From IMG/VR virus record IMGVR_UViG_3300032259_000002, positions 1-64,000 of that record: a stretch of DNA of 64,000 nucleotides; one strand, written 5' to 3'. This DNA comes from a virus. Its lineage: Duplodnaviria > Caudoviricetes. Below the pieces are notes generated by a model. It ran no database searches. It was not told the DNA's origin and saw only the letters and a program-made list of their open reading frames with translations. Positions within the stretch are counted from its first letter, which is position 1. The number at the start of each line of letters is the position of its first letter. A program made the position numbers and the translations under genes. Shown here in pieces: positions 49,250-58,812 of this stretch.

Positions 49250-49528
49250 TTAAAATCTATTAGTATTGGGTATCTTATCACATGGCCCCTCGGTATCTCT
49301 TTTATTTTCAAAAACTAGCTCATCGACCAGCTCCAACTGGGGCTCATCGAAATATTGGGGATCTACTATTTTCCCTTCATGGAGCGTTTCAGATTTTACT
49401 CCATAGGTATTGCAGTTATATAACCACTGAGACCTGCTATTTATTATACCAGTAAAACCAGAAATTACATCCTTTACCCTATCTCCAAGTTCAAAGACAA
49501 AATCATACTCTCCTTTTGTTTCTGACAT
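49250..49528 (-). CDS. Conserved small phage protein (KOW/SH3-like)
   Basis: FELGDRVKDVISGFTG. Confidence 0.65.
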   Translation of the reverse strand: MSETKGEYDFVFELGDRVKDVISGFTGIINSRSQWLYNCNTYGVKSETLHEGKIVDPQYFDEPQLELVDELVFENKRDTEGPCDKIPNTNRF

Positions 49529-49610
49529 ATCTTTACTCCTTTTTAATTATTTAATCCTTTATATATAATACCCTTATTTTAAATTAACGTTGGTTAATCA
49601 TTGAAAATAA
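49513..49610. repeat. 98-bp direct repeat, copy 1 (copy 2 at 63018-63115; 1 mismatch)
   Basis: Direct comparison; spans upstream stop, intergenic GGTATTATATAT box, SD and the MSETK codons. Confidence 0.92.
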
Positions 49611-50529
49611 CCCCGGAAGTGGCCAAAATCAAATCAGACATGCCAGTTGCCTGATAAAAAGAATCTGAAAACTCTTCAAGCACTTCTAAAAAACGCAAAG
49701 CCTCCTTTTCTGATTTAGAATTCAATAAACAAGCAGAGATATAATTGACCACCTGTATCCGCACACTCTCTGGATTAAGCTCTTTAAATTCTTTTAAAAA
49801 TCTCTGAGCTTCTTTCCATGACCTCTTATTACTTATAAGAAACCGGCAAAACTCAATCACCTCCGAAGAATCTAAAGGAGTTCTTAATATTTCTGCCACT
49901 TCTTCCTTGCTAGTACAGCCTCTCGCCTGAGATAAATATACCAAGGCCTGTCTGGGACTTCCTATAGATTCACGCGCTATTAAAGGTAAAGAATTCTTTG
50001 GTAATTTAATGCCCTCTTCTTCACAGACATATTCCATGAGATCTATCAAGTCATCCGACCTCACATCTTTTAAAGTGTAACTATGGCATCTGGTTTTGAT
50101 AGTTTTGGGTACCTTATTGAACTCAGTAGTACAAAAGCTAAAATAGACATGGGAAGGGGGCTCTTCTATTATTTTAAGAAGACTATTCCAAGAAGCCTTG
50201 GAAAGCATATGAGCCTCATCGATTATAACAAATTTATTTGAATTTTTACCAAAGGAAGAGTATTGGAGTTGACTTGATATTTCTCTCCATGCATCAATAC
50301 CGGTATGAGTGGCAGCATCTACTTCTATTATAGCATTACCTTCGCATTTAAGATGTCCGGCTATTATCCTGGCCAGAGTAGTTTTTCCAGTTCCGGATGA
50401 CCCTGTAAATATGAAAGCATGTGGAAGTTCTTTTTTAAATAAAGACCTCAATGATTTTACTACAGCATCCTGGCCTATTACTTCATCGAGTTCTTCAGGT
50501 CTATATTTTCTGTGAAAATCTTCTGACAT
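49594..50529 (-). CDS. dnaX: Clamp loader AAA+ (DNA Pol III gamma/tau-like)
   Basis: YRPEELDEVIGQ, GSSGTGKT, DEAHML, LLKIIEEPP; SD favours ATG 50529. Confidence 0.85.
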   Translation of the reverse strand: MSEDFHRKYRPEELDEVIGQDAVVKSLRSLFKKELPHAFIFTGSSGTGKTTLARIIAGHLKCEGNAIIEVDAATHTGIDAWREISSQLQYSSFGKNSNKFVIIDEAHMLSKASWNSLLKIIEEPPSHVYFSFCTTEFNKVPKTIKTRCHSYTLKDVRSDDLIDLMEYVCEEEGIKLPKNSLPLIARESIGSPRQALVYLSQARGCTSKEEVAEILRTPLDSSEVIEFCRFLISNKRSWKEAQRFLKEFKELNPESVRIQVVNYISACLLNSKSEKEALRFLEVLEEFSDSFYQATGMSDLILATSGVIFND

Positions 50530-50543
50530 TACTTTACCTCCTT

Positions 50544-50705
50544 TCAATCTTCAAAATGTTTGTTGTGGTCTGTTCTCCATTTATACTCCTGATCTGCTTC
50601 TGTTGCGATAGAATCGTCTTCGCAATTCTCGGCCAGCCATTTAAGATATCCGGAAGGTACTTCTTCTAAATCTTTTCCCTTATATTTTCCCCAGGGCATT
50701 ATCAT
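50544..50705 (-). CDS. Small protein with MPWGKYKG motif (DUF3820-like), 53 aa
   Basis: Manual translation MIMPWGKYKGKDLEEVPSGYLKWLAEN...; ATGA overlap. Confidence 0.7.
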   Translation of the reverse strand: MIMPWGKYKGKDLEEVPSGYLKWLAENCEDDSIATEADQEYKWRTDHNKHFED

Positions 50706-53002
50706 TTTTTATTTCTCCTTACTCTTTTATCCTTAGTTGAGGCATTATCAAATAAATTGCTTTGTCTATTTCTTGCATTTTTTAAATTCTTAATAGCTTG
50801 TTTAAAATAGGATTCTTTTAATTCCGATCCTATAAACAATCTTCCCATTTGTAAAGCAACATAACCCTCACTGCCTATACCAGTAAAAGGACTATAAACT
50901 AAATCACCTTCGTTACTCCATAATCTAATAGCTCTTTCAATTACATCTAATTGTAAAGGACATATATGTTTTTCGTCTTTCTGATCCCTAGCAGATCTAT
51001 ATTGTAAGGTATTAGATTGCCTAATATCCATCCAAACAGGAGAGGCATACTTTTGCCAAACATGATGAGAGTACTTTATACCAGAAGCTTTAGGCTCTTT
51101 TGATTCTTCCCCTATAAAATCAGTAAAACCATTAGGATTAGATATTAATTCTTGATTTTTACCTGGCTTTCTAACTGTGATTAAATAATCAGGACAACCA
51201 GCTCTTGACATAGATGAATCTTTTTGAATTTGTTTATGCATCAAACCAAGTGCTTTAGTTCTAGTAACTTCTATAAGAGGATCTTTCCATATGATATGAC
51301 GACTATGATATATCCATCCATATTTTTGAAATAATCTAAGCAAATCCCCTGGAAAATCTTTCAAACCTATTACGCCATCTCTTTCTTTCATACTGGGAAT
51401 ATCCATACAATGAAATGAAAGGAGTCTTCCTGGTTTTGTTATCCTAAAAAGATTCTCAACAAGATATCCAAAATGAATAAAAAATTCATCATAGTTTTTT
51501 GAATTGCCCATATCTCTTTCAGAATCAGAATAGGTGTATAACTCTGCAAAAGGGGGTGAAAATATAGAGTAATGAATGCTATCATCTTTTAATCCTGAAC
51601 TAACATCAACACAATCACCTAAATACATTTCCCATCTTTTGCCTGATTCCTTATATTCATTATATTCCTTTTTCTTTTCTTTTCTTATTTTTTTAATCTC
51701 TCTTTTTGTTATTTTTGACATATGATTTACCATACCTTTTGCCATAATTTCCGCATCAGCTTCCTTTCTTTTTATATTATTCACCACTGCTCCTTCTAAA
51801 TCAGAAGTTACTATCCAAACATTAACTTTTCCTATTCTACCAAATCGCCAACAACGCCTAACAGCTTGATAATACTTTTCCCAGCTATCTGACAAACCTA
51901 CAAAAATCATATTACCACAATGTTGCCAATTCATCCCATAACCGGCTATTGATGGTTTTGTAATGAGTATTCTTGTTTTCTCATTAGAAAAATTAATCAT
52001 TTCTTTTTTCTTATAGTCATTTTTATCTGAACCAGTTATTTCAATAGAATCTTTTATTCTTTTTCTTAATTCCTGACTTTCTATATTAAGATCACACCAA
52101 ATGAGCCAAGGATTCTCTTTATCTGAGTTAACCAATTCCACTACCTTACCTACTCTTTCATTTAAACTTTCTTTTCTAGCAATTCTTCTTTCTGAAATAG
52201 TCTTTGCGGCAACCTTGAAAAACTGTCCTTTAGGAGCCTTGCCTTTAGACTTAACAACGCAATCATTAATTACTAACTTAGGTAACTTGAAATCACTATC
52301 ATCATAACCCAAATCAGAAGGTTTTCTAAGGTAAATAGCCCAAGAACAAACCCATTTCCAATATTCTGATTCTGCATGTCCTTTTAATCTCCATTTAGAA
52401 GTTTCTCCTCCATCATGAACAAAAAACATTGATAGCATCTGAACCCTAGTCATTGCATTTAAGAATTCAGAATGATTACCTAATTCCATATGATCATTAG
52501 GGGCCGGAGTGGCCGTACATGCTAATTTATAAGAAGTACCACTAAATGCTTTAATTATTTCGGTTCTTATCTTTCCAGAATATGCCTTTAATATGGAACT
52601 TTCATCGAGTACTATTCCATCAAAATAATTTGCATCAAAATTATGAAAATTTTCATAATTAGTAATATTTATCCCTTCTTTTATATCATCTTGTTCCCTA
52701 CAAATATTAACTTTTATCTTAAATTTAATACCTTCTCTTACTGTTTGATCTGATACAGCCAAAGGTGCTAAAATTAAAACCGATCCTTTAGTATATAAAC
52801 AAACCTGTCTTGCCCATTCAAGCTGCATAGGGGTCTTTCCTAATCCACAATCAGCAAAAATAGCAGCCTTTCCTTTCCTTAAAGCCCATATGACTATATC
52901 TTTTTGAAAATCAAATAATTTTCTATTGATTTTTTCAACAGGATCAAAACCCGAATCAATTTCTTGTACTAACTTTGAAGCAATAAAATTTTCATATTCC
53001 AT
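50702..53002 (-). CDS. SF2 helicase fused to an amino (N4/N6) DNA methyltransferase
   Basis: CGLGKT, DESS, QAVRRCWRFG helicase motifs; SPPF and SPFTGIGS MTase motifs. Confidence 0.88.
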   Translation of the reverse strand: MEYENFIASKLVQEIDSGFDPVEKINRKLFDFQKDIVIWALRKGKAAIFADCGLGKTPMQLEWARQVCLYTKGSVLILAPLAVSDQTVREGIKFKIKVNICREQDDIKEGINITNYENFHNFDANYFDGIVLDESSILKAYSGKIRTEIIKAFSGTSYKLACTATPAPNDHMELGNHSEFLNAMTRVQMLSMFFVHDGGETSKWRLKGHAESEYWKWVCSWAIYLRKPSDLGYDDSDFKLPKLVINDCVVKSKGKAPKGQFFKVAAKTISERRIARKESLNERVGKVVELVNSDKENPWLIWCDLNIESQELRKRIKDSIEITGSDKNDYKKKEMINFSNEKTRILITKPSIAGYGMNWQHCGNMIFVGLSDSWEKYYQAVRRCWRFGRIGKVNVWIVTSDLEGAVVNNIKRKEADAEIMAKGMVNHMSKITKREIKKIRKEKKKEYNEYKESGKRWEMYLGDCVDVSSGLKDDSIHYSIFSPPFAELYTYSDSERDMGNSKNYDEFFIHFGYLVENLFRITKPGRLLSFHCMDIPSMKERDGVIGLKDFPGDLLRLFQKYGWIYHSRHIIWKDPLIEVTRTKALGLMHKQIQKDSSMSRAGCPDYLITVRKPGKNQELISNPNGFTDFIGEESKEPKASGIKYSHHVWQKYASPVWMDIRQSNTLQYRSARDQKDEKHICPLQLDVIERAIRLWSNEGDLVYSPFTGIGSEGYVALQMGRLFIGSELKESYFKQAIKNLKNARNRQSNLFDNASTKDKRVRRNKK

Positions 53003-53011
53003 TTTTTTCTC

Positions 53012-55609
53012 CTATTCAAAATCTGTGGTATCAGCTACTAAAATTTCCTCAATATCTGCCCAATTCTCACCAACACTGACTTCCACCGCAAGAGGAACAT
53101 TCACAAAATCAAAAGAAGTACAAGACATCTTTTCTGATATGATATCGATATCCTCTTCTAAAGATCTATCCGGTATAAAAAAAGATAGGTCATCATGAAT
53201 GTTCATTCTTGCTTGAAACTGAGGCTTCTTCTCCTCATAAGCATATAAAGAAAGCCTGTTCATACCATCAACAACAACGTAAGAAGCCGTTCCTTGTATT
53301 GGAGCATTTATTAGTTCATTGTAACTCAAAGGGCCGACTCTTCTTGCTCCAGTTAAAGTCTCCACATATCCATGCTCATTGTAAAATTTCTGGAGCCGGC
53401 CCTGCCAATTCTTCACTCCTTTGAACTCTCCCCAAAAATCCTTTACCAATCTATCAGCCTTTTCTATAGGTAATCCCAGGGAATTAGCCACGGAAGTAAA
53501 ATGAGATCCAAAAAATAAAGGAAATACCCATTCATTTTTAGATCTTTGTCTAAAATCTTTCCATCCTTTTTCATCTAACTCAGAAGACTTTCTTACCCCG
53601 GCACATCTAGGATGGATCTTTAAAATCCTTTCCGCCCATTCCATGTGTATATCATATCCGGTCTCAATGGCATTACAAAAAGTTTTATCCTGGCTGGCCA
53701 TAGCTATGATTCTTGCTTCTAGCTGACCATAGTCAACTGCAACAAACCAAAATCCTTCAGGTGGTACTATCATTCTCCTAATCTCTTTATTCTTTCTTTT
53801 AGGATAATTCTGCATATTAGGGTGTTCCGAACTTGTGCGACCGGTGGAAGTAAAGAGGTGATTGTAATCTGCATGAAGTAATCCATCCGGATAAATAACT
53901 TTATCTATTGAGTCAATATAAGTAGATTTTACTTTTGATATCTCTCTAAAATCTAAAATGAGACCTGCTTCTTTATGTCCTTTATCATTAAAGCTTTTTA
54001 AAACTTCATCATCGGTACTATAAGATCCTTTACTCGTCTCTTTTACTGACTTCAATCCCAAAATGTCTCTAAATAAAAGAACCACTGAATCAGGAGAAGC
54101 GGGATTAAAATCACCGAACTTTCTACCAAATTTTTTAACTGATTTAGCTTTAAAAATCTTAGCCTCTATATCCTCCAACTTCTTTTGGTATTCTTTTGAA
54201 AAACCATCCACGGTATCAAAATCAACCGGGACTCCCTCTGTTTCTGTCACAGCTAAAGTAGTAGCAGTCCTAACCAGATGATGATATGTCCATTCCTGGC
54301 TTTTATGAAGAAGAGCGTCCTGCCTTTCTTCAAGCAAATGAGTCCATTTAGTATCCATTCCATTATACAAAAGAGTTTTATCTAAAGGAGCATTTATTAA
54401 GTTTTTTCTATCCAGATCGGTAAGAGGCTTTAACTTAAAACCAAAATGTAAAAGGCATAAAACATCTAAACTAAGCATGCCTCCACTCTTTTTTGTTCTC
54501 TGATCTAAAGTGTATGCCTGGGCCATTGTATCAGCCCATATACCAGACCGCAAAGGTCTTTGTCCATAATAATGATAAAACCATATTGCCTCAAATTTAA
54601 GGTAGTGGCAGCTCTTCTTTCCCCGGCATTCCATCAAGAAATTACTTATCAAATCTTTTATAGCTTTTCTACTTTTCTCATCCCCTTTCCAAGCTTTGGG
54701 GTGATCTACCGGAAAAGCTATGGTATTTTCAAAAGTACCAATGGCTATGGTCAGAATCCAAGCATCTTTGCATCCAAAAGGTTTTAACTTATTGGTCTCT
54801 ATGTCAATCGATACAGAAGATTCTTGTTTTAGTTTCTCCAGTTCTTTCTCAATCTTTTTAAATTCAGAAGAACTCTTTCCTTCAAAAATCTTTATACCTT
54901 TATCAAAATCTTTATCGTAAACTTTAGCCTCTGGAGAATCCTCATCCATTATAAAGAAAGCAGCTCTTTGTAAATCCATATCAAAGGCTTTTTCATATTC
55001 ATTTTTAAATTTACTATTATTCTTTTTCTTTAGTAAGGAGGGAGTTTGTATTGGAAAATACCAGCAAGTGTGATTCCCTATTTTAATCGGTAATCTTCTG
55101 CCTCGCCATTCATCTATATTACTATAACCTATCACCCACTTTAAAGAGATGGGCCCAAGTCCGATAATGGCAAAGGGTTTTGTTTTCTGAATATCATCTT
55201 CTATTGATTTCCTACAGCACTCTATTTCTGATTCTTTAGGTTGCCTGTGTTTGGGAGTAGGGCATTGAACGCAGTAATTAAATCTAATACCTATGGTCTT
55301 GTTTAAATCTCTCTTGGATTCAAATAGATCTGGAAAGGCTCTTCTTAAGGATTTTCTTAGAACCATTCCAGATTCTCCTTTAAAGTGTATGCCCGTATCC
55401 TCTTCTCTAGGGCCGGGCATTTCTCCTAAAATATAAATCAAAGAATCAGCATCACCATCTGCTGGAACACAAGGCTCATTCACTTGATTAAGAGAACAGG
55501 CTTTGCATCCTTGCTCTCTTAAAAGATTTTTTGGTATTCTACCTAAATTTTGTTTCTTGGCTTTTTTTGTTTCTTTCTTTTTCTTATCTTCAGCAAAGAA
55601 AAATCCCAT
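53012..55609 (-). CDS. Family A DNA polymerase with N-terminal UDG-like domain and 3'-5' exonuclease
   Basis: CxxC..GEMPG..E..G..F.G.SG UDG-like motif; DIET exo; DYGQLEARI, RxxxK...F..FG, IHDD. Confidence 0.92.
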   Translation of the reverse strand: MGFFFAEDKKKKETKKAKKQNLGRIPKNLLREQGCKACSLNQVNEPCVPADGDADSLIYILGEMPGPREEDTGIHFKGESGMVLRKSLRRAFPDLFESKRDLNKTIGIRFNYCVQCPTPKHRQPKESEIECCRKSIEDDIQKTKPFAIIGLGPISLKWVIGYSNIDEWRGRRLPIKIGNHTCWYFPIQTPSLLKKKNNSKFKNEYEKAFDMDLQRAAFFIMDEDSPEAKVYDKDFDKGIKIFEGKSSSEFKKIEKELEKLKQESSVSIDIETNKLKPFGCKDAWILTIAIGTFENTIAFPVDHPKAWKGDEKSRKAIKDLISNFLMECRGKKSCHYLKFEAIWFYHYYGQRPLRSGIWADTMAQAYTLDQRTKKSGGMLSLDVLCLLHFGFKLKPLTDLDRKNLINAPLDKTLLYNGMDTKWTHLLEERQDALLHKSQEWTYHHLVRTATTLAVTETEGVPVDFDTVDGFSKEYQKKLEDIEAKIFKAKSVKKFGRKFGDFNPASPDSVVLLFRDILGLKSVKETSKGSYSTDDEVLKSFNDKGHKEAGLILDFREISKVKSTYIDSIDKVIYPDGLLHADYNHLFTSTGRTSSEHPNMQNYPKRKNKEIRRMIVPPEGFWFVAVDYGQLEARIIAMASQDKTFCNAIETGYDIHMEWAERILKIHPRCAGVRKSSELDEKGWKDFRQRSKNEWVFPLFFGSHFTSVANSLGLPIEKADRLVKDFWGEFKGVKNWQGRLQKFYNEHGYVETLTGARRVGPLSYNELINAPIQGTASYVVVDGMNRLSLYAYEEKKPQFQARMNIHDDLSFFIPDRSLEEDIDIISEKMSCTSFDFVNVPLAVEVSVGENWADIEEILVADTTDFE

Positions 55610-56724
55610 TACTCAAGCTCCTTCTTCTTTATCCTTTTAGATTCATTAGTTCTCATATTATCAAACCATTGTTCTTTTATTCTTGTTGCTATTTGGGCCA
55701 TCATCACTGGGGGAACTGACATGCCCATAAGATACTCAGGTTTTTTATCATTAAAATTATAATCAAAGGGAAATGTCCCTGCCATTAAAATTTCTTTGTT
55801 AAACAATGTTCTTTCAATCTCATAATCATAAGGTAATCCATTTGCTCTTATTGTGGGAAGAACTTTATACGGATGTGATTTTACTTCATTAAAATATGAT
55901 GATTTTGGATGATTTTCAGAAAAATTGTTCCCAGGACTTGTTAATTTCCAATACTTACTGATCATTTTGCTTAATCCAATTGCATCATTATTTCCTTCAA
56001 TTTGCCTTATCTCTTTAAATGGTATTCCAGGTTCATCAAATCTTAAATCAAGATAAGGTATTGGATTAAAAAATCCCATAATACCTTTGCTTTTTATTTT
56101 ATTTACTAAATCTTTTCTTAATGCTATAAAAAATACCCTTTCCCTTCTTTGTGGTACTCCCATTTTTGAAGCATCAAGTAACCACTTTTCAACATAATAT
56201 CCGGCATCATCATATTGTTTTCCTATTTCAAAAAGATATTTCTTAGCATTTCCTAAAATAATTCCTTTGACATTTTCAGCAATTACTATTTTAGGTTGTA
56301 ATCTTTTTGCAAGATTAATAAAATCAAAAAATAAAGTATCAAGGATTTGTTCTGATTGACCTTCCCTGAATTTCTTTTTCTTGCCCCAATCTTTTTCCCT
56401 GTTACCAGACATACTAAAAGAACTACAAGGAGGACTGCCATCAAGTATATCCAAGTCAAATAACTCTTCTGGTAAATCTGTTCTATTTTTAAATTCTTGA
56501 ATAGGTTCAATAAATAAATACTTTGGTTTATGATTAATTTTATAACATTCTGCCATTTTAGGGTCAATCTCATTTGCCCCTAAAACATCAAAACCTGCAA
56601 GCTTATAGCCCATAGTGGGAGCAAAACCACCACAAGCAAAACAAGAAAAAACCTTTAATCCATTTTTCTTTATTTTTTTAAGGTCTTTTAATGACCATTT
56701 ATATGGGAATCTATGATTAGGCAT
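55609..56724 (-). CDS. C5-cytosine DNA methyltransferase
   Basis: GSPPC catalytic motif, ENV, QRRERVF, GMSVPP. Confidence 0.9.
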   Translation of the reverse strand: MPNHRFPYKWSLKDLKKIKKNGLKVFSCFACGGFAPTMGYKLAGFDVLGANEIDPKMAECYKINHKPKYLFIEPIQEFKNRTDLPEELFDLDILDGSPPCSSFSMSGNREKDWGKKKKFREGQSEQILDTLFFDFINLAKRLQPKIVIAENVKGIILGNAKKYLFEIGKQYDDAGYYVEKWLLDASKMGVPQRRERVFFIALRKDLVNKIKSKGIMGFFNPIPYLDLRFDEPGIPFKEIRQIEGNNDAIGLSKMISKYWKLTSPGNNFSENHPKSSYFNEVKSHPYKVLPTIRANGLPYDYEIERTLFNKEILMAGTFPFDYNFNDKKPEYLMGMSVPPVMMAQIATRIKEQWFDNMRTNESKRIKKKELE

Positions 56725-56746
56725 AATTTATAAATTTATGAAATTA

Positions 56747-57832
56747 CTACTCATCTTTAAAACCCATCACTAAATGAAAAAAACTATCTGATTTTCCGGC
56801 AAGCATTGGTATACTATCTTCTCCGGTGGAATAACAGAATGCTATCTCGTCCACTGCTTGAAGGATGTCTAAAATATGATTGGCATCCATTCTACAAGAA
56901 ATCTCTTCTTCTGAAATATCTTCTTCAAATACAATAGACTCTTTAATGGCCCCATAACCACTTTTTCCGGATACTAAAAGAGTCTCCTCCTCAGAATCAA
57001 GATGGACAATCTGATCTGTTTCTTTAGAAGTAAGTAAAGTGGTTCTTTCTATGGCAGTTAAGAGATTTTCAGGTATCTCCTGAAATTCATTTTCCTCCTC
57101 ATCCCAATGAGCCTCTATGACTGCTTCATAATCAAGGTAGTCTACCTCAGTTAGAAGCTTAGTGTAAACATACACTCCCTCAAAACAAGCAAATATAAAA
57201 TCCTCACTAAAATAGAGTTCAGCAGAAGTATCATTAAGCTCCTTGCTTATATCAAGTATAAGTCTACAAAATACTTCTGGGAGAAGCATTTTAATAGATT
57301 TTTTCCCTAATGTTTTTTCAAGGGAGTATCTGGAGATTCTTTGATTATCGGTTGAATATAGATGGGCTCCCTTTTTATCAGATACAAGGGTTATTCCGAA
57401 TTGATTTCTTTGTAAAGAATTTTTACTTACTGAGATGAGGGTTTTCTTTATACCCATTAAAAAATCTTCTGATAAAGTAAAAGATGGGAGATCGTCGATG
57501 TCAGGTATTTCAAAAATAAAATCAGCTTCAGGGAGGCAGGCAAGTTTAGCATTTGATTTGCCTATTTTAATATTGACCTCATTCCCTTTCTGGTTTACTG
57601 CCATTTTATCTGAGGAATAACTGCTAAGAAGTTTTATGAGAAGTTCCCCAGGAAGACCACAATTCTCAATAGTAACAGCATCCTCATAATCAATTATGAT
57701 TCCCTGTATTCCGTTAAAAGCTATGATCTCTTCATCCGTAAAACAGAAATGCGATAGTATTGGTACTATGTCCTGCGTAGATAGACAAGGTCTGGCCATA
57801 TTCAACTTTTCCAATAAAGACGTTCTTTCCAT
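56747..57832 (-). CDS. dnaN: DNA sliding clamp (Pol III beta-like)
   Basis: 361 aa, three-domain size, PILSHF, STDNQRI, PEADF patterns; clamp loader nearby. Confidence 0.82.
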   Translation of the reverse strand: MERTSLLEKLNMARPCLSTQDIVPILSHFCFTDEEIIAFNGIQGIIIDYEDAVTIENCGLPGELLIKLLSSYSSDKMAVNQKGNEVNIKIGKSNAKLACLPEADFIFEIPDIDDLPSFTLSEDFLMGIKKTLISVSKNSLQRNQFGITLVSDKKGAHLYSTDNQRISRYSLEKTLGKKSIKMLLPEVFCRLILDISKELNDTSAELYFSEDFIFACFEGVYVYTKLLTEVDYLDYEAVIEAHWDEEENEFQEIPENLLTAIERTTLLTSKETDQIVHLDSEEETLLVSGKSGYGAIKESIVFEEDISEEEISCRMDANHILDILQAVDEIAFCYSTGEDSIPMLAGKSDSFFHLVMGFKDE

Positions 57833-58031
57833 TATTTTCTCCTCACTCTTTTAGATTTATTAACAACTTTATAAATACCATTAATTATATATATATAGGC
57901 AAAAAATCTGATTGTAAAGTTTTTATAAGATGGTAGGATAAAAGCCTTTTCTTTGATTCCATTCTTGTGAGAGACTCACCGGGGCCATTTCCTTGAGTAT
58001 CCTCAAGCCAGGTAGCTAAGTATATTTTCAT
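57832..58031 (-). pseudogene. MKIY mini-gene M6, truncated at a (TA)6 tract
   Basis: MKIYLATWLEDTQGNGPGESLTRMESKKRLLSYHLIKTLQSDFLPIYI* (stop 57885-57887); losing one TA adds INGIYKVVNKSKRVRRK* ending in a TAATG overlap with dnaN. Confidence 0.75.
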
Positions 58032-58167
58032 TTATTAATTTCCTAAAAACTTTTTTATCTGATTCTTTGTAATACTGATAGCTAAATAGTATTCTGACCA
58101 AATAACTCTCTCTCTCGATGTAAGTATCTTCTTTATTTTTAAAATTTACTGATAAATATATTTTCAT
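58003..58167 (-). CDS. MKIY mini-gene M5 (intact, 54 aa)
   Basis: MKIYLSVNFKNKEDTYIERESYLVRILFSYQYYKESDKKVFRKLINENILSYLA*; (CT)5 at 58106-58115 in frame. Confidence 0.75.
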   Translation of the reverse strand: MKIYLSVNFKNKEDTYIERESYLVRILFSYQYYKESDKKVFRKLINENILSYLA

Positions 58168-58337
58168 TTAATAAACCTGACAATTCCTTTTTCCACATAA
58201 AATTTAAAATCAAATCCTTTGGTAATGGAACCTACTATATATATATGAGATAAAAGTCTATGACTATTTAATACTTTTGTTAAAGTATGTCCCTGATTAA
58301 TATCTGGTTCTGGCTGAGTAGCTAGATATATTTTCAT
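58164..58337 (-). CDS. MKIY mini-gene M4 (intact, 57 aa)
   Basis: MKIYLATQPEPDINQGHTLTKVLNSHRLLSHIYIVGSITKGFDFKFYVEKGIVRFIK*; (TA)5 at 58236-58245 in frame; ATGA overlaps at both ends. Confidence 0.8.
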   Translation of the reverse strand: MKIYLATQPEPDINQGHTLTKVLNSHRLLSHIYIVGSITKGFDFKFYVEKGIVRFIK

Positions 58338-58487
58338 TCTTCAAAAACACCATTAAGGTATTGCTTAAATAGTTTTCTAGATAGATTCCTAACATAGTAA
58401 AAAGAAATCAAATTAGTCAGGGATTTCATAATTAAAACTCTCTCTCTGATTAGAAACTACTACATCCACTGCTAAGTATATCTTCAA
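58334..58487 (-). pseudogene. MKIY mini-gene M3, out of frame at a (CT)5 tract
   Basis: TTG start; one more AG unit gives MKIYLAVDVVVSNQRERVLIMKSLTNLISFYYVRNLSRKLFKQYLNGVFEE* (51 aa, ATGA overlap). Confidence 0.75.
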
Positions 58488-58643
58488 TTCTTTTCCTCTA
58501 TATGTTTTAAAATAACTTTAAAATCTTGATCAGCCATACCGCCTATTCTATGAAAATGAAAAGACAGTAACCTCTTTGACTTCTTTCTCAGAAGAAACCT
58601 CTCTCTCTTCAATCAAACAAGTACCGGCAAAATATATTTTCAT
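58484..58643 (-). pseudogene. MKIY mini-gene M2, out of frame at a (CT)5 tract
   Basis: One more AG unit gives MKIYFAGTCLIEERERFLLRKKSKRLLSFHFHRIGGMADQDFKVILKHIEEKN* (53 aa, TTGA overlap). Confidence 0.78.
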
Positions 58644-58812
58644 TACTTATCTCTTTTATAATCTATTATAACTAGTAAACTTTTTTTCATTTTATTAGAA
58701 GTTAGGAAATGATCTGCAAAACTGAATAATCTAGAATATTTAAATTTTAATAACAACTCTCTCTTCCATCAACATTCATGATAGAATAACCACCTGCTAA
58801 ATATATTTTCAA
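58643..58812 (-). pseudogene. MKIY mini-gene M1, out of frame at a (CT)4 tract
   Basis: TTG start overlapping the dpdA stop; one fewer AG gives MKIYLAGGYSIMNVDGRELLLKFKYSRLFSFADHFLTSNKMKKSLLVIIDYKRDK* (55 aa, TAATG overlap). Confidence 0.78.

Noticed and set aside
57833-58808. Reading the ORF-free gap as non-coding DNA or one decayed gene
   Set aside because: It resolves into six paralogous units with conserved starts, motifs and start/stop overlaps, and the breaks are fixable at the microsatellites.
57832-58812. CRISPR-like array or invertible shufflon
   Set aside because: The recurring ATATTTTCA is just the conserved MKIY codons, the units are protein-coding and all in one orientation, and I saw no inverted repeats or site-specific recombinase.
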